Below are positions 56,245 through 64,000 of a stretch of 64,000 bases of DNA, piece after piece. Where the stretch lies: positions 61,078 through 125,077 of the forward strand of contig DVNJ01000031.1 in NCBI GenBank assembly GCA_018714485.1, read 5' to 3'. Each line of letters opens with the position of its first letter. The first letter of the stretch is position 1. The translations under genes were made by a program, and so were the position numbers. The notes under the pieces are model-generated. The model worked only from the letters and a program-made list of their open reading frames with translations. It did no database searches and had not been told where the DNA came from. This stretch comes from Candidatus Caccalectryoclostridium excrementigallinarum. GTDB lineage: Bacteria > Bacillota > Clostridia > Christensenellales > UBA3700.

Positions 56245-57040
56245 AAAAACCTCCGTATAAAGTATTCGCCGTCTGCCTTGTCGAAGCATAAGTGAGGACC
56301 TTGACGAACGCGGCGCCGCACTTATACGCCATGCGCGCAAGTTCGCTCGCCGTTGCGCCCGTGGTGAGAACGTCGTCGACGATGAGCACTCCCGCGCCTT
56401 TCAGTCGCGCCGCGCCCGCGCCCTTGGCATAGGCGCCTTTGACGTTTTCTTCCCTCTCCTTTCCGCTCAAACCCGCCTGGGCGGCGATATTCTTTTCCTT
56501 TATTATCGCGTCTTTCAAAAGGGGCAGGGAGAGCATCTCCGAAAGATATTCGCATATCAATTCGATATGGTCGAATCCCCGCTCGAGCACGCGCTCTTTC
56601 GCCGTCGGCGAAGGCACGATCACGCTGCAACCCATCTGCGCCGCCTCGTAAAGCTCCGCCATGTCGCGCGCCATATAACGCGCCGCGTAAAGCTGCGCGC
56701 CGTATTTATAACCCGTCACGACGCGGCGTATGCCGCCCTCATAGACATAGCACGAACGGGCGCAGTCGAACTCGCGCTCGCGCTCGCGGCATATTTCGCA
56801 AAACCGCTCCTCGGCGATCAGGGCGCGTCCGCATTTTTGACATACCCTGCCCGTATTTTCCCTTATCTCGCGGCGGCAGTTTTCGCAAAAACCGCCGTGA
56901 GAGCATTCGCCCTGTTCGTCGCCGCACAAAAGACAGCTCACGTCGAAGGGATAGAGAAATTCCGTCGCCGCCGACGTTTTGACGTATCTAAGGGAACTTA
57001 TCGCCTTTTTCCTTCTCACGTCTTTATTATAGCACAGCAA
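56225..57040 (-). CDS. comFC: ComF-family protein (ComFC; Zn-finger plus phosphoribosyltransferase fold); start uncertain
   Basis: Cys clusters CLLCG...CENC...CQKCG...CEIC and the PRTase motif VLIVDDVLTTGAT. The track start at 57040 is a TTG inside a consensus promoter. An in-frame GTG at 57019 is the more likely start. Confidence 0.8.
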   Translation of the reverse strand: MLCYNKDVRRKKAISSLRYVKTSAATEFLYPFDVSCLLCGDEQGECSHGGFCENCRREIRENTGRVCQKCGRALIAEERFCEICREREREFDCARSCYVYEGGIRRVVTGYKYGAQLYAARYMARDMAELYEAAQMGCSVIVPSPTAKERVLERGFDHIELICEYLSEMLSLPLLKDAIIKEKNIAAQAGLSGKEREENVKGAYAKGAGAARLKGAGVLIVDDVLTTGATASELARMAYKCGAAFVKVLTYASTRQTANTLYGGFYEDKMV

Positions 57041-57054
57041 AAGGAGCGTGTAAA
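57026..57054 (-). promoter_or_regulatory. Sigma-A type promoter ending 6 nt before an in-frame GTG of comFC
   Basis: Minus strand TTTACA (57054..57049)-17 nt-TATAAT (57031..57026)-aaagac-GTG (57019). Confidence 0.55.
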
Positions 57055-57146
57055 TACCGCATTTTTCCGTTTAAGGCAAATCGCGCTCAAAATGAACAGA
57101 GCGCATCGAATCTCGACGCGCTCCGTATTGGGGGAAGAAGACGGAA

Positions 57147-57680
57147 TCATTCCGTCAAGAGTTTGTATTCCGTTTTGACCACGATGATAAAGTCGTTCGC
57201 TTCGCCTTCGAACGTGTAAGTCACGTCGACTGCGGTCGCCCTCATCGCCTCGGTGTCGATCGTCGCCACGATGCTCGCGTCGGCATAATCGCCGTCCCTG
57301 CCGAGGAAGCTCTCCATGTCGGAGATCTGCGCCGTGTAAGTCGCAACGTTGCCGTTAACGACAAGCGCGGCGTCGCTGAAATAACCCGAATCATAGCTGA
57401 ACGTGGACGCGCCGTTGAGGTCGGGCACCAACGAGGTGACGATACCTGCGATCTCGTCGGGAACGTTCGCCGCGGGTTCGGGATAAGAATAGATCACCTG
57501 ACTTGTTGAGGCTTCGGTGACGGTCACGGTCACGGACGGGATCGCCACGCTCGACGACGTGTCCGCAAGACAGGCGAGCGCGTCATTGAGCGTCATGGGT
57601 TCCACGCATGCCGCCGCAAAGACGGCGACAAGCCCGATCACGAGTACAGTTAAGATGATAACCGCTTTTTTCTTAGTCAT
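57147..57680 (-). CDS. Hypothetical 177-aa lipoprotein, translationally coupled to the giant surface protein gene
   Basis: Signal peptide with lipobox VFAAAC. GGAGGAAG RBS inside the last codons of the upstream gene (8-nt overlap). Confidence 0.65.
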   Translation of the reverse strand: MTKKKAVIILTVLVIGLVAVFAAACVEPMTLNDALACLADTSSSVAIPSVTVTVTEASTSQVIYSYPEPAANVPDEIAGIVTSLVPDLNGASTFSYDSGYFSDAALVVNGNVATYTAQISDMESFLGRDGDYADASIVATIDTEAMRATAVDVTYTFEGEANDFIIVVKTEYKLLTE

Positions 57681-60600
57681 TGAGGTCTTCCTCCTTGCTC
57701 TTCCTTTTACGCGCCGCGGCGAAGATAAATCCTATTCCCAGCGCTGCGGGCATTGCCGCGCCGCCGACGACAGCCGCCGTTCCGACCGCGGAAACGCCGA
57801 TGCCCTTACCGGTCGCCTTTTCCGCCGTGTCGACAGCCGAGTCGATCGCCGCTTGCAGATCCGCCATATATTCGCTGCGCGCCTCTTCGATCGCCGCGAG
57901 CGCTTCTTCTATCTCTTCCGCTCTCGCCTCACGGTCGGCTACGCTGACGGAGTTGAGATCGTCCATCAGCTCCACATACCTTCCAAAGCCGGTACTGCTG
58001 AAGCTGTCCGCCAGCTCTTGAGCTTGCGCCAAGATGTCGTCCACGTTCGTCGTGGTGTCGACGGAGAGTTGGACGTCCAGCTTAACTTCGGTCTCGCCAT
58101 CCGAGCCGACATAGTTGGAGTCGTTCATTCTGAAGATGATCGTATAGTGTTCCGAAGGAGTGAGACCGGTGACGGTGTTCTCGCCCTTGTATGCCTTGAC
58201 CCAGGTCGTGCCGTCAATCGAATACTCATAGCCGTTCGCCTTGCCGTCGATGACAAAGGTCGCGTTGTTGCTGTTGACTTCGGTCAGGACGGCGTTCACA
58301 CTATCGGCGACCGCCGCCGCGCTTGCGGGCTGAACGGTCACTTCGCAGACATCTCTGCCGCTCACGTCGGTGTTGATCTCGCCGCCGGACGTGATGTCTT
58401 CATATTCGCAGCTGAACGACAGGTCGAGATAATAAGTGCCCGCGTTGACTGCGCCCACGCCGCCGAAGACCACGATGAAGGTTCCGCCCTCCGTGCTCTG
58501 ACTTTCGAACCTGAGCTGCGAGACCGTTCTATTGCCTTCATCGACGAGCCTGATCGCGGCGGCGTCGAAGGCGAGATGGATATCATTGATGATGTCCGCG
58601 GAGCCGGGCGCCAGGGAGTTGACCGCGAGCTTGACGGTGATCTTGTTGTCCGCGCCGTAAGTGAGCGCCGCGGGGGCTTCGGTGGGACCGACGGAAGCGC
58701 CGATATAGTAAGTTCCCTCGATCGTGCCCTCGAAGTTGCCCTTGCCCGTGACCTTGAAGTGGTATTCGCCGGTATATTTACCACCCTCTTCGGTATAATT
58801 ACCCGCTTCGTCGACAAATGCCAGCTCGTAATCCGTGCCGACCTCGAGCAACGTGTCGCGGTTATAGTAAGCGATGAAGTTGATGCCTTCCTTGGTCACG
58901 GCAACGGCTTCGCCGTTCGCGCTCTTAAAGTCGAAGGAGTCGCGATAAGACCAGCGGATCGAGCTGTCCGAGATATCGCGGGCTACGATCGTTATCTTGA
59001 CGTCCTCGGAATAGAAAGTCGCGCCGTCTTCGAGGTTAGGCATAGTCGCGCTGTCGACGATAAGCTTGAAGGTGTATACGCCCGCGTTCGCCAGCATCGC
59101 CCTCTGCTCATCCGTCATGTTCACGACGCCGCCTTCGACCGCGTATGTGAAGAGTTCCTCGCCGTCCTTAATCACTCTGACGCTGTAAGAGTTCACCTTC
59201 TGCGTATGCGTGACGCCCGAAAGCTTTTCCTCGACCGTGATCTTGAAATCGAAGGAAGGAACGATGGACGAGCCGTTGTAGGTCATGCTGCTCTTGGACC
59301 TGTTGCTTATTTCCGCATCGACACTCTCCGCCTGAGCGGGAGTGATTTTCAGCTTCGCCACTTCGGTCCTCTCCGCCATGTTATCCATGTTTACATTGAC
59401 GATCAAGGTGTAATCGCCGGCATATATGATCGAGCCGCCGACCGCTTTGTCGCCCGCGAGCGTCACCTTGACGCCCTTTGCGAACACGCCGTCCGTCGCG
59501 TCGCCGAGAGTGGTCCTCTTGAGCTGTACTTCTCCCGTGAGGGCGTTCGCGCCCTGAGGTATCTCATAGCGATAGACCTCGAGATAGTTGCCCATGATCG
59601 TCCTTGCTTTGATGGTCATGCCGTCGAACTCTCTCTCCCAGACCCCGTCGTTGTTTTTAGTGAACAAGTCCGCGTCCGCACCTTCGGGATCGAGATTGAG
59701 ATTGACCTCGAGCGCCTCGGAAGGCGAGATGGTGATATTGACGTCGATGGCGGAAGAGCGCGACTTGTCTGCCCTCTCGAACTCATAGTTGGTGCTCGAA
59801 ATGGCGAGATGGAAGCTGTATTCGCCCGCCGCGGCAAGCATGCCGCTCTCGCCGTCCGTAACGACGATACCCAGCTCGGTAGCATTGATGATGTCGCCGA
59901 GCTTTACCTGCTGATCGTAAACGCCGTAAGGCACCCATTCGCTGCCGTTATAATAACCGCTTTGAATGAGCAGGCGCTCGTTCCTTCTGAAGTTACGGCC
60001 CGTATACATCGTGGCATATTCCCACCAGCCTTGATGCTCGCCGCTGCCCGCGTTCACGTCCTCGCGGTAGGTCTCGCTGAGCCACTTGTAGGTAAGCACG
60101 TCGAAGTCCACTCTAAGCACGGCTTTCGCCACATCGAGCGAGACGGGGACGGAATAAGGCGTACCGTCGATCGAGCCGAGCGTCGTCAGCTTGCTCGCGC
60201 CGTCATAGAGGTCGATGGTATAGTTGGCGTTGTTGAGCGCGAAGTCGACGCTGCTCGAATAGCTGCCCGCGATCATCGCGCCGCCCTCGGCGAGCGTGCC
60301 CGACATCGTGACGGTCAAAACGCCGTATTTGCCGCTGCCCGCCTCGACCACGGTATCGTCATAGCCCTCGCCCTTGATGCCGAAGACAAAGTCGTCGCCG
60401 ACAACGAGCTCGAGCGTACCGAAGGACGAACCGTTGTAAACGCCGTTAAACTTCACTCCGCCCGCGACAAGCGCCTTCTGGCCACTCTTTCCGAGCTCCA
60501 CCGCAACGTCGCCGATTTTGACGTCGACGGACTTCTTTGCGACGGTCAGGTCGAGGAAGTCGGGCGTGTAGATAAGCTCGAAGTTGTTATATTCGCCCTC

Positions 60601-63600
60601 ATCGTAAGTGAGTTCGACGTTGAGCTGGAAGGCGCTGGAATAAGTTCCCGCGGCATTGCCGGGGGCATAGACGTTGCGGTTGATGAGCGACAACGCTATG
60701 TTCGCGCCCGTAGCGGCGGAGAAGTCGTCGATATTGCCGATCGTACTATATACGGGCTGACCGTCGCTGCCGACGCCGACCTGCTCGTTCCAAAGCAGAG
60801 TTGCATATTGAGAGACAACGTCATTGCCCGTAATGTCGTCGTCTATCGAGTCGCCGTAGGTGATCTCGTAATTGACGTTATAGACCATCTCCACTCTCAA
60901 AGCGGCGGGCGTGATGACAAATTCGGGATAAACGCCGTTGTCGATCAAGCGCGCGGACTTGTTGAAGTTCGTGTCGCCGCCGTAAACAACGATCGGATAA
61001 TAAGTTCCGACGTCGGTCGCGGCGTTCGTTCCGTTCACCGAGGTGAACTCATAACCCGCGTAAGTTTCGGCGTTTTCTTCGAGCCATTGAGTTATCGTCA
61101 ACGCCTCATTGCCTTCAAGCGCGGCGAGATAAGCCGCGACGAACTCTTGAACAGCCGTCTGATCGGCAGCGCCGCGCAGATAATATATCTCCGTCACGCC
61201 GCTCGGCGTTATGCTTCTGCCGTTAAGCTCGTAAGTGTAGATATTGCCGACGGTGTTGCCGCTTGCCCTGTTGTAAACGGCGGAATAGCTCTCGCCCGCG
61301 AACCTGACCCTCAGATCCGCCTTTTCGATCGTTATCGTGACAAACTCGGAAGCCGTGACGTTATAGTTCGCGCTGCCCGTGACGGAGACGGCGATATAAT
61401 AAGTACCCGCGTCGCGCACGAATTCGACCTTGGAGCTTTCGACGGGCGCGCCCGCGCCATCGTTCGCGTCCTCATCGAACTGAGTATAGATATTGAACTT
61501 AGGCGTTCCGGCAAGAGCCGCCGCAGGCACCACTTCGCCGGTCGCGTCGTCTCTGACCTCGAAGAAGGAGTCGAGAGCGAATTGCGCGCCCGTATACTGC
61601 TGTCCGTTCAGCTCGTCGATGTTGATGATGTAAGCCGTGGCGCTGATCTTGGTCACGGTGAAGGTGAGGCTGTAAGGCGCTTCGCCCACGAGGTTGTCGT
61701 CCGTGGAGACGAAGGAGATACGGTACTGACCGACCGCGCCGATCGAGCTGCCCGTGAGCATGCCCCATCCGGACTCGGCGGAGACCCTGTACTGCACTTC
61801 GCTCACGGCGAGCGCGTTGCTTGCATAATATTCGCCGACAGGCGCGCCCTCGGTATCCTTATACTTCAAGCCGAGCATGACCTGCGAGAGGAGATCGTCC
61901 GTCCAGTCGTAACCCGCGCGGTATGCGGAATCCGCGATTATCTTCTCATCTGCGTAATATTCGCTCGAACCGTCCGTTTTGAGCAGGAGCTCGGGCTTGG
62001 CGGGCGTGACCACGATACGGCTGTCGGAAGTTTCCATGATGACTTCGAGGTTGTCATTCACGGACTCATAGACATAGTAGATATAGTAGTCGCCGACGGG
62101 CGTCTTGTAGCCGCTGTATTCGGTCGCGCCGCCGCCGGAAGTTCCGACAAGCTTGATGAAGCCGTCGAGCGCGCTTTGATCCCCGTCCTTGAAGTTCTCG
62201 AAAGCGGTCACGAAGGCATCGTAAGAACCGGTGACGACGGCGTTTTCGCCCGTTTCAAGCTCGATCTCGAGCTGATCCTGCAAGCCGCTCACGTCAAATT
62301 CCGTACCGAACTCAACGGTGAGGTTTGCGCCAGCGGTCTCGGAGACCACGATATGGTATTCTGCCTTCTGCTGCACGAAATCGCAGGAATAGGAATAAGC
62401 GGAATACTTGCCGGGCATGCCGTCGAAGGTGATGCTTATCCTGTACGTTCCCGCGTCGGTGATGCCGCCGTTCTGACTGCCTGTATCATCTGTGTAAACA
62501 ACGTTGCCCTCCGAGTCGGTTATGGTGATATGCAGATTGCCCGTACTTATCCTTTCGTAATAATATCCGCCGACGGAATAGTTCGCGCTCTCCACGTTGC
62601 CGCCGTAACCGTTGCCGCCGATTATGCCGCTGACGCCCGCATTGGAGACCATATAGGCGCCGTCCGTACCGACCGCAGATCCCAAAACGGGAGCATTGGC
62701 GAACGCCTCGGGAGCGATCTGCGCGCCGCGAATGAAGAAGTGGGCGCCGCTGAGCCATTCGTCCAAAAGTTCAACGGGAACGCCTTCGGCTTTTTCCATG
62801 AGTTCGTTAAGCTCTTTGTAGCCGTTCTCCAACATATCCGCGCCGCTTTGATAGAAGTCGGAGGTATAGAACAGCTCGAACTGCGTTTCGGCGGGCGCGA
62901 TATTCACGCCGCCGGAAGCGGTGTGAGGTCCGTCAACGTAAACGGGGTCATCGTTGTCGTCGGTCACGATTTGTCCGTTTTCATCATACTTCACGGTTTG
63001 AGCGGGCGAATAATAGCTGCCGTTCACCGTGTTATCCACGGAAACGGAGATGAGATAGGTCGCGGTCGACAAGCCGTCGGAGTAACCGAAATCGTAAATA
63101 CCGTTCACGGGACCCTTGGTCTGGACGTTAGCCGTAACTTCCGTCGTCAGCTGCACGTCTTCCATTATCGGCCTGGTGTAAACCGTCTTTGTCGGCTCGG
63201 ACCTGCCATCTTCCGCGCCGCCGTTTCTGAGCCATTTCCAAGTATAAAGCGTGCTGTAAAGCGGAACTCCCGTCTGTTCATGGTTTCCGAAATAGACGGC
63301 GACGTCGATGGTTATGTCGCCCACTTTAAGCTCGGAGATGAGGTTGGTCATGCTCGCGAGGTCGACGCCGACAAAGGTGATGATCTCGGTGTTGATGCGC
63401 CAAAGTCCGTCTTCGTCCTTATAGATAACGTCGCGTCCATTGAAGCCGGAGAGACCGTTATATTCCGCGGTCGAGCCGGAATTGACGCGGATCAGCATGG
63501 AACCGGTCGTGATTTGGAACACGAGCGGCGAGCCGCCTTCGAGAACGAGGTCGAGCGTTATGTCTGCGGCATAGTTGGAATCGAACTGCCCGCCGGGGTT

Positions 63601-64000
63601 AAAGGTCACCCTGACATAGTAATAATCAGGCGTAACGGCGGTTTTTTGTCCCGCGGGATCCGCGACCTTGACCGTATTTTCCGCGAAAGATATCTCCGTG
63701 CCGTTCTCGTCTCTGACAAAGAAGGTAAATTCGAAGGCGGAATTGTCGGTCACGATGATCTCGGCTGCCGCGCCGCGCAGACCGGATATGGTCGCTTCGA
63801 CGTTGGGATAAAGCGGACCGCCCGTATAATACTTGGCGTTCTCGCCCGCGCCCGCGTCGGCGGTGACAAATCCGTTAAGGTCGATACTGTCGTTGGGAGC
63901 GATCACGAGCGTGCCTTCGCTCTCGGCGGAGACATAAGATACGTCGGCGGTCTTGATCGTCACCTTGACCGCGTAAGACGCGGCGTTGACGGGTGCGGAA
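57673..64000 (-). CDS. Giant (>2100 aa) surface protein of tandem Ig-like/MBG-type repeats with C-terminal coiled coil and TM anchor; N-terminus lies outside the window
   Basis: The frame is open to the window edge. The codons upstream of the track's GTG start read SAPVNAASYAVK with no stop. Recurrent motifs include ITPAALRV, ITIEKADLRV, KITPAQAESV, MTYNGSSIVPS and VTGKGNFEGTIEGTYYI. The C-terminus is a helical Ala/Glu-rich segment, then GAAMPAALGIGFIFAAARKRKSKEEDLND. Confidence 0.85.
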   Translation of the reverse strand, partial: SAPVNAASYAVKVTIKTADVSYVSAESEGTLVIAPNDSIDLNGFVTADAGAGENAKYYTGGPLYPNVEATISGLRGAAAEIIVTDNSAFEFTFFVRDENGTEISFAENTVKVADPAGQKTAVTPDYYYVRVTFNPGGQFDSNYAADITLDLVLEGGSPLVFQITTGSMLIRVNSGSTAEYNGLSGFNGRDVIYKDEDGLWRINTEIITFVGVDLASMTNLISELKVGDITIDVAVYFGNHEQTGVPLYSTLYTWKWLRNGGAEDGRSEPTKTVYTRPIMEDVQLTTEVTANVQTKGPVNGIYDFGYSDGLSTATYLISVSVDNTVNGSYYSPAQTVKYDENGQIVTDDNDDPVYVDGPHTASGGVNIAPAETQFELFYTSDFYQSGADMLENGYKELNELMEKAEGVPVELLDEWLSGAHFFIRGAQIAPEAFANAPVLGSAVGTDGAYMVSNAGVSGIIGGNGYGGNVESANYSVGGYYYERISTGNLHITITDSEGNVVYTDDTGSQNGGITDAGTYRISITFDGMPGKYSAYSYSCDFVQQKAEYHIVVSETAGANLTVEFGTEFDVSGLQDQLEIELETGENAVVTGSYDAFVTAFENFKDGDQSALDGFIKLVGTSGGGATEYSGYKTPVGDYYIYYVYESVNDNLEVIMETSDSRIVVTPAKPELLLKTDGSSEYYADEKIIADSAYRAGYDWTDDLLSQVMLGLKYKDTEGAPVGEYYASNALAVSEVQYRVSAESGWGMLTGSSIGAVGQYRISFVSTDDNLVGEAPYSLTFTVTKISATAYIINIDELNGQQYTGAQFALDSFFEVRDDATGEVVPAAALAGTPKFNIYTQFDEDANDGAGAPVESSKVEFVRDAGTYYIAVSVTGSANYNVTASEFVTITIEKADLRVRFAGESYSAVYNRASGNTVGNIYTYELNGRSITPSGVTEIYYLRGAADQTAVQEFVAAYLAALEGNEALTITQWLEENAETYAGYEFTSVNGTNAATDVGTYYPIVVYGGDTNFNKSARLIDNGVYPEFVITPAALRVEMVYNVNYEITYGDSIDDDITGNDVVSQYATLLWNEQVGVGSDGQPVYSTIGNIDDFSAATGANIALSLINRNVYAPGNAAGTYSSAFQLNVELTYDEGEYNNFELIYTPDFLDLTVAKKSVDVKIGDVAVELGKSGQKALVAGGVKFNGVYNGSSFGTLELVVGDDFVFGIKGEGYDDTVVEAGSGKYGVLTVTMSGTLAEGGAMIAGSYSSSVDFALNNANYTIDLYDGASKLTTLGSIDGTPYSVPVSLDVAKAVLRVDFDVLTYKWLSETYREDVNAGSGEHQGWWEYATMYTGRNFRRNERLLIQSGYYNGSEWVPYGVYDQQVKLGDIINATELGIVVTDGESGMLAAAGEYSFHLAISSTNYEFERADKSRSSAIDVNITISPSEALEVNLNLDPEGADADLFTKNNDGVWEREFDGMTIKARTIMGNYLEVYRYEIPQGANALTGEVQLKRTTLGDATDGVFAKGVKVTLAGDKAVGGSIIYAGDYTLIVNVNMDNMAERTEVAKLKITPAQAESVDAEISNRSKSSMTYNGSSIVPSFDFKITVEEKLSGVTHTQKVNSYSVRVIKDGEELFTYAVEGGVVNMTDEQRAMLANAGVYTFKLIVDSATMPNLEDGATFYSEDVKITIVARDISDSSIRWSYRDSFDFKSANGEAVAVTKEGINFIAYYNRDTLLEVGTDYELAFVDEAGNYTEEGGKYTGEYHFKVTGKGNFEGTIEGTYYIGASVGPTEAPAALTYGADNKITVKLAVNSLAPGSADIINDIHLAFDAAAIRLVDEGNRTVSQLRFESQSTEGGTFIVVFGGVGAVNAGTYYLDLSFSCEYEDITSGGEINTDVSGRDVCEVTVQPASAAAVADSVNAVLTEVNSNNATFVIDGKANGYEYSIDGTTWVKAYKGENTVTGLTPSEHYTIIFRMNDSNYVGSDGETEVKLDVQLSVDTTTNVDDILAQAQELADSFSSTGFGRYVELMDDLNSVSVADREARAEEIEEALAAIEEARSEYMADLQAAIDSAVDTAEKATGKGIGVSAVGTAAVVGGAAMPAALGIGFIFAAARKRKSKEEDLND

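Overview
This is a 64-kb chromosomal segment from a Bacillota/Clostridia-like bacterium with visibly GC-rich third codon positions. It appears to belong to an endospore-forming lineage: it carries spoIIID, a SpoVB-like flippase, a YetF/DUF421 plus DUF4363 pair and a two-LysM protein. About 55 protein genes are tightly packed, mostly on the minus strand, with many ATGA or TAATG start-stop overlaps. I saw no rRNA, tRNA, CRISPR array, transposase or integrase.

Housekeeping content:
- Translation and cell wall: prfA, a DUF1385::prmC fusion, rpmE, murC, glyQS.
- Repair and metabolism: uvrB-uvrA with an SOS box, hom, coaX with an ECF S-component, guaB, manA, rpiB.
- Energy: a nine-gene V-type ATPase operon in the Enterococcus hirae order ntpFIKECGABD.
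- Other: a YwlE-type phosphatase, sua5/tsaC, a ZIP transporter, an OmpR/HK pair, GH13 and GH3 glycosidases, comFC.

Most noteworthy observations, all untested:
1. A 54-codon cysteine-rich hydrophobic micro-ORF (30541..30705, minus strand) that is missing from the ORF track. It has its own RBS and terminator.
2. A recurrent geometry in which a consensus -10 hexamer sits exactly 6 nt before the start codon, with no Shine-Dalgarno site. This implies leaderless mRNAs for at least five genes.
3. A membrane-anchored protein with 17 perfect EEAARKAAE-type repeats, a KPA-rich tract and two YegP/DUF1508 domains.
4. A TSUP/TauE transporter split precisely into its two 4-TM halves.
5. Very large surface proteins anchored by a C-terminal TM helix rather than LPXTG. 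One carries five CBM-like modules; the other exceeds 2100 aa and runs off the right edge.
6. Two long convergent intergenic regions full of repeats or palindromes that no gene explains.

Many long ORFs in the track are antisense shadows of real genes and were rejected.
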